From: Scyliorhinus canicula
Lineage: Eukaryota
Assembly (NCBI RefSeq): GCF_902713615.1
Contig: NW_024055478.1
Coordinates: forward strand, 740,363-804,362
Direction of reading: 5' to 3'
Length of the DNA: 64,000 nucleotides
Shown one piece after another: positions 25,387 to 36,342 of this stretch. The position numbers and the translations under genes are program-made. Position 1 is the first letter of the stretch; every line of letters begins with the position of its first letter. The notes under the pieces were generated by a model. That model did no database searches, had not been told where the DNA came from, and saw only the letters and a program-made list of their open reading frames with translations.

Positions 25387-25919
25387 TGATAGTGGACTTG
25401 GAAGGGCTGCGGTTGTAGGGTGGACGATTTAGTAGCTCGCCGAGAGAAGTGGTTCAATCCTCTCTGCCTGGACTGAAGCTATTGTCGGATGGCGATTAAT
25501 GATATGTAAGCAGATAATAGGAATGTAGACTAAAGGAGAAAGAAACAGCATGAAATACACAGAGGAGAAACAGAGAGACAGATAAATGGCGAACGAAGAT
25601 ATACAGATACTTTTCTTTCACTTGCTACATTTGCATTTTGATCTTGCCAAAGCAAATGCTGTCGCAGTGAATAGTTGTCAACTCTGCACGTCCACAATTC
25701 TCATGAGGACTTTGCCGTGATGGAATTGGTGAGCGAGAACATGTGAGAGTCAATGCATGGAACAGCGTTGCAAGAATAAATTGACCCCAGTTACTACGTT
25801 GATTTTGGACTCAGAATATGGAAAGAAGCATATCTCCCAATATACACAGATCTTCCGGAAGCAATGAGACTGACAACGAACAGCCACTGTACTGGTAACT
25901 TCAGAGAGCAAGAGAATAA

Positions 25920-26650
25920 TGAGAGACACTCGTCAGTGTATAGATATATCTCAGAGAGAGGAAGAACAATGTTCAGTGTACAAATACCTCCCTGAGATAG
26001 AGGACTGAGAGACACAGTCAGTGTACCGATATCTCTTTGAGCGAGTGGGCTAAGAGATGCCAGTCAGTAAACGGACATCTCCCTGAGAGAGTGCACTGAG
26101 AGACAGCAGGCATTGTACAGATAGCTCCTTAAGAGAGACAACAGTCAGTGTATCGATATGTCCTTGAGAGACACCAGGAAGTTCATAGATGGGCAGCACG
26201 GCATGACAGTGGTTAGCACTGTTGATTCACAGTGTCAGGGTCCCACGCTCGATTCACAACTTGGTCACTGTCTGTGCGGAGTCTGCACGTCGTCCCCCCC
26301 CCCCCCCCCCCCCCCCCATGTCTGCGTGGATTTCTTCTGGGTGCTCCACTTTCCTCCCACAAGTCCCGAAAGACGTGCTGTTAGGTGAATTGGACATTCT
26401 GAATTCTCCCTCAGTGTACCTGAACAGGAGCCGGAGTGTGGCGATTAGGGGCTTTTCACAGAAACTTCATTGCAGTGTTAAGGTAAGCCTCCTTGTGGCA
26501 ATAATGAAGATCATTATTATATCTCCTTGAGAGAGATAGGACTGAGAGACACCAGACATTGTACAGATGTATCCTTGAGAGAGAGGACGGATAGACACCA
26601 GTCAATGTCCAGACATCTCCTTGATGAGAGACGGCGGAGAGACACCAGTT
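25920..26650. repeat. Degenerate minisatellite (..CTGAGAGACAC..CAGTGTACAGATATCTC..GAGAGAG..) interrupted by a SINE (~26181-26515)
   Basis: About 8-10 diverged ~40-45-bp units visible by eye. Confidence 0.65.
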
Positions 26651-26689
26651 GATAATTAAAGTGCTTGGGAGTGTGTCGTGCTTTGAGAT

Positions 26690-28100
26690 GGATAGAAAAC
26701 TGGTGAGCAAACAAGAAGCCAAAAGTTGAATAAATGGGTCTGATTGGCAGGGAGTGACTAGTGTGGTACCGCATGGATCTGTGCTAGGACCCCAACTCAT
26801 CACATTATTTATTAATGATTTGGACGAGGGAACTAAATGCATTATCTCCACATTTGCTGTTGACACAAAGTTGGATGGGACAGTGAGCTGTGAGCAGGAC
26901 GCAGAGATGCTTCAGCAGGATTTGGACAGGCTGAGTGAGTGGGCATATGTATGACAGATTAACTATAATGTGGATAAATGTAAGGTTATCCGTTTCGGTA
27001 GCAAAAATAGTAAATCAGATTATTATTGCAACGGGTGTAAATTGAGAGAGTAGGATACTCAGGGAGACATTGGTGTACTCGGGCATCAGTCACTGAAAGT
27101 CAGCACGCATATACAGAAGGCAGTATGTTCATAGCACCAATTCACCAACCAGATCACAGATCTGGTTCAGTGAGTGGAGGTAAGAGTGTCTGGCCGGTTC
27201 TTGTATGGACTGTCTACGCCTTTGTAACAGTGCGGGGGTCATCACACAGAGATATACGGCAGCGTCAGAGACAGGGGCCCCGGCGATTGTTAAAGGAACA
27301 GTTTCCTTGCCTTGGTGAAAATCAGCAGAAAATCGTCCTGAGAACTTTGGAAACTGATCCCCCTGCCCCTTGCCGTACCTCCTCAGTAAATATCTCGGAG
27401 ATTCACCGGGGTACTGGATGTATCAGAAGAGCGTCTTGCCACTGTATTTTACTGTGTCACCGCAGTTCAATGTTGCCGTCTGTCCTTCCAGAACCTTAAT
27501 AACGACAGGATTTGACCACAGGAATAGAGATATTTTGTTGGAACTGTATAGAGCATTGCTGAGACCACACCTGGAGTAATGTGTGCTGTTCTGGTCCCTT
27601 ATCTGACGAAGGATGTTTTTGCTATCCAGGGAGAGCAGGGTAGGTTTAATAGGCTGATTTATGGGATGGCGGGAATGTCTTATAAGGAGAAACTACGGCG
27701 ATTAGGATTATATTCATTGGAGTTCGGAAGAGTGAGACGGGATCTCATGGTAGCTTCAGAAATTCGAACAGGACTACACAGGGTAGATCCAGGGTCCAGA
27801 ACTCGGGGACATAGTTTGAGGATAAGGGACAAACATTTTAGGACAGAGGTGAGGATACATTTCTTCACCAGAGAGTGGTGAATCTGTGGAATTCATTCCC
27901 ACAGAAATTATTGAGGCCAAGACGTGTAATTTCTTGAAAGAGTTGGATGTCGCTCTTCGGGTTAAATGGATCAAGGGATTGGGGGGGGGGGATCAGGATA
28001 TTGAGCTTGATGATCAGCCTTGATCATAATGAATGGCGAAAGAGGCTCGAAGGGCTGACTGGCCTCCTCCTGATTCTCCTTTTTATGCATGTTTCTATGA
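26690..28100 (+). mobile_element. Degraded CR1 LINE carrying an inserted V-gene fragment
   Basis: VPHGSVLGPQLITLFINDLDEG..KLDGTV..DLDRLSEW before 27124; LELYRALLRPHLE and the 3' UTR after 27504. Confidence 0.85.
27125..27503 (-). pseudogene. 5'-truncated TCR V fragment with RSS and 3' flank, inside a CR1
   Basis: VIKVLEGQTATLNCGDTVKYSGKTLF*YIQYPGESPRYLLRRYGKG..DAAVYLCVMT (Trp41 codon is TGA). RSS CGCACTG 27234-27228, 23 bp, ACAAGAACC 27204-27196. Close paralog of 21675-22050. Confidence 0.9.
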
Positions 28101-28426
28101 AATACTCTTTGAATCATCACACAACTGCATAACATAAACGCTCAATGGTGGGACAGTCTCGGTTACTTGGACAATGATCACTGTTCAGCTTTTTGCGCAG
28201 CAGTCGCTACACTCCCTAGTTCCTCACTCTGATACTGTGTTATGACCGTCAGTATCTCTGATCAAAGCGCCTATCTAATGGCAGTTACAGAGAGAAACAC
28301 TGCAGTAACATTCTCCGCAGTCACCCTGCCCGCAGGTTCTGTTGGCTGTTCTCAATTGATCCTCCCGGCCTGTCGTGTGTTATTGAGAGATTGCTCCAGC
28401 TGCTCCGGAAACGTAACTCGGAGAGA

Positions 28427-28871
28427 GGTTTTTGTACAGTGAATGCCGGGTTGTGTATCAGTGTGCGGCTCAGTGGCACAGTAATAAACAGCGGCATCAG
28501 CGTTCTCTGTGTTTTCAATGAGCAATTCGCCGCGTTTGTCAGTGTCAATATTCAATTTAAAACGACCGTTACGGTTTTCGCCGGTCGATGCTGCCCTTAT
28601 AATCCATTCCAGTCCATGGCCGGGTTTCTGTTTGTACCAATGCATGGCGTAAAAACTTGAAACCTCATAACTACAGTCCAGCCGCACGGAATCCCCTCTC
28701 TGGACACTTTTTCTGGCGGGGGATTGAAGCACCCGGTCCGAGAGACATCGGCCTGCGAAAAATTAAAGTAAAATAAACAAACGCTTTGTGTTATTTGGTG
28801 CAACGTCAGTACCTACACGTTAGCATCGCCAGAATATGGGGCAATATATTTAACTGCACAATGCAGTACAT
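28427..28871 (-). CDS. TCR alpha/delta-type V segment, apparently functional (DRVLQSP family)
   Basis: Leader 28871-28817 (MYCIVQLNILPHILAMLT, donor GTAGGT). V exon 28752-28466: DRVLQSPARKSVQRGDSVRLDC..WYKQKPGHGLEWII..YYCATE. RSS CACACTG 28465-28459, 23 bp, ACAAAAACC 28435-28427. Confidence 0.95.
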
Positions 28872-29138
28872 CACTGCAATTAAAGTATTAAATCTCAGGA
28901 AGAAAACGGGACACAGGTCAGATCACAAAAAAATGAATGAAGTGGGAAAATATTGAAATGTCGGCTGATTTATGTCAGTCACGTGGTTTTGCTGCGCTTA
29001 TATTCAGATGACAACCATCCACTTAACAGATTTAAATGTAAGGTATAACGACAAGCAAGGTGGTACGCTGGTGGGAGATCTTCGACCCCCTCTGACTATA
29101 CATTGTTGAGGTGTTGTCATGTACATAAACGATTTGAC

Positions 29139-29906
29139 AGCTTTTGTACAGGTTCAGCAGGTTCTGTGAGTCTCAGTGCACAGTAATTCAGCGCGGAGTC
29201 AGTCAGTTGTGCCTTAGTGACTTTCAGCGGGACGGTCCGACCAGATTAATCGAGCTTCGCTGAAAAGCGGTTCTCTGGAATGCCCTCCGTTTTCTTGCTC
29301 CTTCTGTTCCTCTGCAACAAGTACTCCAAGGAGCCGCTGGGATACTGACGGTACCAGAATAGGTAAGGAACGTCGCTGCTTGTAGATGTGAAATTACAGA
29401 ACAATTCAATGTCACCTCTTTCATTGACTGAGGTGTCAGCTGGTGTCTGTGAAACCGAATCTCCTCGGCAATACTCTGTAAGTGACCAGAGTGGCATTAA
29501 ATTAAACAATGTCGCTCCACTACCTCACTCCCAACACTTACCTGGGAATTAAATCAGAAGTGTTAAGCAGAAAGACATTCCCCACGGAACGTGACTCAAG
29601 GAGGAGGGATTTGATCTAACAACAAAAAGCCCTTTGAACAACTTTCCGTAGGATACATCGGGGTCAGCTGCGGGCAGTGCGGGAAAATGTCTAATTTCCA
29701 GATGGGTTTTCAGCGTTAAGTTCAGGTCGGTCCAAATCTTTGTTTCTGCACTTAGAATCAAGGTGTGGATATTTCTGTGTTCTCTGTACTGACCTCTTAA
29801 ATATAAAGTATGAGATAGATGTGAAACGCAGAGTTACATAGCATTCGAACTTACCAGTTAAGACAGCAGCAGCTGCAATGATAAAGGAAAAAGTAACAGT
29901 GAACAT
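29139..29906 (-). pseudogene. TCR V pseudogene (FR3 stop, shortened RSS, two leader-like exons)
   Basis: V exon 29475-29169: GDSVSQTPADTSVNERGDIELFC..LFWYRQYP..RFSAKLD*SGRTVPLKVTKAQLTDSALNYCALRL. RSS CACAGAA, 14 bp, ACAAAAGCT. Leader-like exons at 29906-29855 and 29578-29542. Confidence 0.9.
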
Positions 29907-30103
29907 GTTCACACAGAGATGATGGAGGGTTTGAAGAGGCTTCTTCCACCTGAAAGTTTTCACTCAAGAACCGGATGGAGGTTGACTCATATCCAGCCTC
30001 TTTGCGGATTGGCTAGTTCTTGACAGACATTAGGGGATAACCAACCCATCCATTATTCTTCAAATTATCCAATCAACTCGCAGTTTCTGTGCTCTCCGAT
30101 TCA

Positions 30104-30111
30104 TGACGTCA
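30104..30111. promoter_or_regulatory. CRE palindrome TGACGTCA
   Basis: 198 bp upstream of the leader ATG at 29906. Confidence 0.55.
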
Positions 30112-31339
30112 GATTTGAGAGGGGCAAGCAGTGAAATTGAATCTGAAATTCGCACCGAGTGTAAATTGTTTTATTCGAAATTGGTTATTCTTGGATCCGC
30201 CCTGTTGAGTAGAAGGCGATGAACTTCCACAGGAGGGCCTGCTTCTTAAATAATTCTAAAAGTGTTCTCTCACATCTCGGAACTGATTGTGCAGAAAGCC
30301 CACGGTTCGCCAATGCAGATATCCAGTCTGTGAAATATTTAATGTGACATTTATTTATTAACAGTAATATCTCTGCTGTATCCCTCTGCTGTTGTATATT
30401 TGTCACGGAATGGATGCTGTGAATATCAATCTTCACACCGACAGTGTTCCTCTGACCAGACGACACGCAAATAGTTTCAGTTCACAACGCATTTATTCAA
30501 GCTATAGAAGGGGAGCTAAACACCCACAAGGTGATTTATCAGCTCCCCGATCATAGAGAATACAGAACAATTATAGTTTTCATATATTTCAGTTAATTAA
30601 CATACACCAACAGAAATAATACCGTGGCACAGTGGGTAGCACTGCAGCCTCACAGCGCCAGGGACCCGGGTTCAATTCCGGCCTTGGGAATTGAACCTGT
30701 GTGGAGTTTTCATATTCTGTGTGGGCTTCCTTCGGTGTTCCGGTTTTCTCCCATAGATGAGCAATGTGGTTGCTCATGTGGTTACAGGGCGGGCGATTGG
30801 TTCGATCTAAGTATCCCTGCAGACTCGATAGGCCGAATGGCCTCTTTCTGCATTGTTGGGATTCTATGACACAAACGGCAGATGACATCCTTCCTTTGTT
30901 TCACGATTCAGCCAGTCAGAGCAAAGCTCTTTCATTTCTGATTAATAATAATAATGTAGAGGGAGGGTAGAGGGTGAAATTGTTCTCCTCACAGCAGAAA
31001 CGAGGACTGCAGCGAAGGCACTGAACCATGATTGTCAGTGAAGGGTATACGCAGCACATGGTATGTGGTGTACAGTCCGATTAGCACAACGGAATGATTT
31101 AAACTGTGTTCTCAGATTTAAAAGTAAAACTGACCACGGATTACTGCCCTTATTCAGACACTAAGGGTGCTGCTCACGACGGGGATTGGCTGATTTTAGA
31201 AACAGATACGAACTGTCAACCAATCAGTATCACTGGTGTGAAACAAACTCATCCACCCTCACCTGTTTCCGCCCGAAGTCCGCCTGACTACATCGCGCTT
31301 CTCACCCCATCTCTCTTTGTGCATCGTCAGGTGCAGATA

Positions 31340-34300
31340 CTAACATGCGCACACTCAGACACACACACATACACAAAGAAATACAGGCACAATCACACGC
31401 ACACACCCGAAGCACAGATACACGTATAGACAGGCACGCACACATTTTCTCACACACTGAGACACCCATACTTGGACACAGAAACAGACACACATCCATG
31501 CACACAAACACAGACAAACAAGCACAGACACAGTCACCTCTAGATAACAAACATGCATAAATAAACATGCAACAAGATAGAAACGCGGGCAAACAGACGC
31601 ACAGATAAACACGCAAAACAAAACAAAAGCACACACAAACAATCACACAAATAAAACAACATACAGGAAAACACAATCACAGGGACACATACACTCACGC
31701 ACAGACACGCAAAACGAGACATACGGACACAGAGACAACACGGACACATAGAACCACACACAAAATACAGGAAAACAGGCACAGGCACACCTCAAGGGCA
31801 CAGACAGACACACAGCTAAATAGATAAATACACAGATGGACACACACACACATACACATCGGCACACTCACTCTCACACACAAACGCAAACACACATACA
31901 CCTCCAGACATTATAGTATCATAAAATTTACAGTGCGGAATGAGGCCATTTGACCCATCGAGTCCACACCGGCCCTTTTCGGAAAGAGCACCCTACCTGA
32001 GCCCAAACCCAAACCCAAACTTTTTGGACAGTACGAGGAATTTAGCATGGCCAATCCACCTAACCTGCACATCTTAGGACTGTGGGAGAAAACCGGAGCA
32101 CCCGGAGGAAACCCACGCAGACACGGGGAGAACAGGCAGACACCACACAGACAGCGACCCAAGCCGGGAATCGAACCTAGGACCGTGGAACTGTGAAATA
32201 ACTGTGCTAACCAGTTGGCTACCATACCCCCCGTTACAGACAGACAAACGCACACACACACACTAAGGCACAGAGATGATAGACATGCCAACATACACAA
32301 ACATAAACAAATCAACACCAAGGCAAGTACAGACACAGCTAGACACACACATACACCCACACACACTGGCACACAAACATTCACACACACAGACACAAAA
32401 TCAGGCACCAACGAACCAGCAGACATTCACAGACAAAAACACACAGACATACCCATAAACACTGACACACAGGCATGCACGCGCGCACACACAAACCAAA
32501 GACACACACCAACAAACACTCACAAACGCACGCACAGACCTACACATGCACACACAGACACAGTCAGGCAGTCAAAAACATAGATACACGCAATACACAC
32601 GCACAGATATACACAGACATACACACAGAAGCACAGACCAACACACATCGACATGCACAAAATCACAAATACACGGACAAACGTTTGTTTATGGGCAGCA
32701 CCGTAGCACAAGTGATTAGCACTGTGGCGTCACAGCGCCAGGGTTCCAGGTTCGATTCCCTGCTGGGTCACTGTCTGTGCGGAGTCTGCATGTTCTCACC
32801 GTGTCTGCGTGGGGATCCTCCAGTTGCTGCGGTTTCCTCCCACAGTCCAAAAACGTGCAGGTTTATAATAATAACAATAATCATCACTTATTGTCACAAA
32901 TATGCTTTAATTAAGTTACTGTGAAAAGCCCCTAGTCGCCACATTCCGTCGTCTGTTCGGGAAGGCTAGAACAGAAATTGAACCAGCGATTCCTGGTCTT
33001 GTTCTGCATTACAAGCCAGCTGTCTTAACCCACTGTGCTAAACGAGCCCCGGTTAGGTGGACTGCCATAATAAGATGCCCTTAGTGACCAAAAAGGTTGG
33101 GATGGGGTTATTGGGTTACGGGGGTAGGGTGCAGGTGAGAGCTTATGTGAGTCGGTGCAGACTCGGTGGGCCGAATAGCCTCCTTCAGCACTGTAAGTCC
33201 TAGGTTCTAAACACGGACACACACATACACACACATACAAACATACTCGAACGCACACAAACACAAACAAATCACACACAGCACGCTGGCACAGTGGTTT
33301 TCACTGCAGCCTCACAGCGCCAGAGACCCGGCTTTAATTCCAGTCTTGGGTGACTGCCGCTGCGGAGTTTGCGCGGGTTTCCTCCACAGGCTCCCGTTTC
33401 CTCCTACAGTCTAACGGTGTGTTGGTTGCTTACATTGGCCAAGCGAAATTTTCCACGAGCGTCCAAACGATTATGGGGTTACAGGGATAGGGCGGAGGAT
33501 TAGCCTCGGCAGAGTTCTCCTTCGAAGGGTAGGTGCAGATTCGATGGGGCAAATGGCCTCCTTTTACACTGTGGGGATTCTGTGATAAACACGAATACAC
33601 TTAGATGGATAAGTGCGCACACACACACGCAAACGAACACATCCACACACACCCACGCTGATGAAAATGAAATGAAAATCGCTTATTGTCACAAGTAGGC
33701 TTCAAATGAAGTTACTGTGAAAAGCCCCTAGTCGCCACATTCCGGCGCCAGTTCGGGGAGGCTGTCACGGGAATTGAACCTTGCTGCTGGCCTGCCTTGG
33801 TCTGCTTCCAAAGCCAGTGATTTAGCCCTGTGCTAAACAGCCTCTGGGCATTTCTTTGCTCCACTCAGCATCCGTTGCAGGTGCCTATTTCTTGGTGCTT
33901 CTCCTTCAGTTTCGTTCATAATCTCTCGTTGTTCCGGTCTCCCACTTCCCCTTCTCTCTCTCGCTTTCCCGCATTCCCTCTTTCACTTTCTTTCTTTATC
34001 TGCATGCTCGCTCTGTCTGCGTGCCTCTTGCTGCTTCATTCCATTTTCACAATATGATTTTCTCCGCCTTTCTCACTCACAATGCTTCTTTTGTCCTTTC
34101 GTTAAATTGAAAATTGAAGCTGCCTGGAGTTGAAGTGACCCGTTAATTATTTTAATGTGGGAAATATAATATGAATGTAGGAAGGATACATTAACTGATA
34201 ATATATTTGAAAGTTATGAACGGGCACTTTGGCTGAATATTATTTAACAAATGATGAAGTAGCGCCCTCCTGTGTCCAGAGCAGGATAGCACTCGGGGAA

Positions 34301-34590
34301 GATCTCGACAAACCTACATTGGTACCTGCAGAGACACACATACAAACATTTGGAGATGCACACACGGATATGCATACTCGACCACGTACTCGCAAACACA
34401 GACACACAAACGCAGACACACAGGCAGATAACTGCCCAGGCATAAGTTCCGATACAAACTGATGAATACATATATCACAGGGATGCGCAAACACGCAAGC
34501 ACACACATACACAAGCACAAATACACACACAACGTACACACACAGCACAGGCACAGCACACACACTCCAACACAAATACAGATGGATACA
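31340..34590. repeat. AC-rich low-complexity tracts interleaved with SINEs (~31915-32232 minus, 32692-32870 plus, 33280-33590 plus)
   Basis: Degenerate (CA)n/ACACAG runs; the His/Thr- and Cys/Val-rich ORFs here are artefacts. Confidence 0.9.
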
Positions 34591-35871
34591 CCGTTGTTTA
34601 TATCCAGCGGTGTCTGGCGAGTTACATTTAATGTTATCTTACACAGGCTCTAGCGAATAAAGTCTGTGTAGAGATTCTTCTATATTCGGATTCACTCGAT
34701 TTTTCTACATTTGTGAAAATGTTTTCCAACCTGTCGGAACATTCCTGAGCAGTATGTGAGAAGCTGATTCGCTGGTTGTCCTTTCTCCCTGCTCAAAGTG
34801 GACACTATTCACCGTCGTCACTTTCAACGTTCAGTTCGTCTATCCCTACTTGTGATTCTGATTTCCAATGAAATGTTTGAACTTCAGGCGAATCAGTGTT
34901 CACGTGGGCCGTCTGGAAATTGGAGTTAAGGCGAATATCGGCGATCTTATTGGCCCAGGGTGTAGGATCGAGATATCGATGTTCTTTTTTCCTCGTGTTT
35001 CTTATGTTCTTGTGTTCACCTTCATTTTTGTAATAAGCACATGCCCACATACCATTCAAATAAATACTTAGATCTCACGTTGCATCGAAAAAGCCTATGG
35101 TCAGTTTGCTCAAGGGGACGAAATTCATCTGAAGGGTGTCATTCGATGACGATGAGTCTGTCGCGCCGACTAGCCAATGTTATTGTGGCACAAAAGCCAG
35201 AGTTTCTTAGAATCAGTGCTTAGCTCTAACTATTATGACTGCCTTGAGGATAGAAAAGAGGAGTAATAGACATACAATGGCCTCTGAAGGACGAGAACCT
35301 GCTTGCTTGTTCCTTCAAGGCTTCACTGGCTGCAACATTGATAGCCCATCCCTTTAGAAACCGGCGGTGAGCTGCATATCTGAACCGCTGTCCTCCAGAT
35401 TATACAAATAGAAATTAAATGGGGAGTTTGGAGAACAATGGGACTGCGAGAAAATCAAGAGGAATCAATGAGTTCTGTGAAAATAAACTATGCAAATATT
35501 TCCAACACGTTATTGATCATGCGCTTATCATAAATTTAAAAATTAAGCAAAACCTGAATTTGTAATCAACAACTTTATGGCTGAACAGTTAAACTTTAAC
35601 CACGCTTTTCAATTAAAGTTACTGCATCAAGCAGCAGTCTGGTGCATGGATAATTGATCTGTTCATGCGTCAGTGGACGGAGAAGCTGATCAACAATCCA
35701 CCTGCTCATATCGGAAGAACAAAGCCTGATTCCAGCCAATCAAATCGCAGGATAGAGTGACCGAACCTTTATCCGGCGCTTACATTAGCCGGATACTGAA
35801 GACGTTGATCCACTTCGTGCTCTTCTGATCTGAGCTGTGCTCCGTTTTCTTATTGCCATTTCTATTTAAGG

Positions 35872-36342
35872 ATGTGTTACACGGTGCAATTGAAGCTGCC
35901 TTTCATTCTGGTGTTACTAGCTTGTAGGTGCTGGAAATGTACTTTCAAACCTGTGGAGAAATGTTATTTTTTATCGGTGTTGCTCCAGTGTCTCATTGTA
36001 TGAATGTGTTCACAGGTCGATGTCGCTCGGAGCAAGTTTTACAAAGTCCCATTGCAAGAACAGTTCAGAACGGGGATTTGGTGCAGCTAAACTGCAGCTA
36101 CGACATGTCCAACATATACGGAATGTATTGGTACAGACAAAAGTCAGGTAAGGGGCTGGAGTGGATAATAAGGCGAATATCGGCTGGAAAAGAGACAGAG
36201 GGTCGATTCGAATTGGAACTTTCTACTGCGGATAAACGGGGCCAATTGGTTATTGAAAACACAGAGACTGCGGATACCGCTGTGTATTACTGTGCGATAG
36301 AGCCCACATTGAGAGGAAAGGTGCAGTCACTGTACAAAAACC
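35872..36342 (+). CDS. TCR alpha/delta-type V segment, apparently functional (distant member of the DRVLQSP family)
   Basis: Leader 35872-35923 (MCYTVQLKLPFILVLLA, donor GTAGGT). V exon 36016-36304: EQVLQSPIARTVQNGDLVQLNC..MYWYRQKSGKGLEWII..DTAVYYCAIE. RSS CACATTG 36305-36311, 22 bp, ACAAAAACC 36334-36342. Confidence 0.93.

Noticed and set aside
31302-32924. Many His/Thr- or Cys/Val-rich ORFs (also 34229-34653 and 57666-59309)
   Set aside because: Translations of AC-rich low-complexity DNA.
12475-35497. Octamer ATGCAAAT at 12475, 16861 and 35490 as promoter elements
   Set aside because: Count is near chance for AT-rich 64 kb, and positions relative to leaders are inconsistent.
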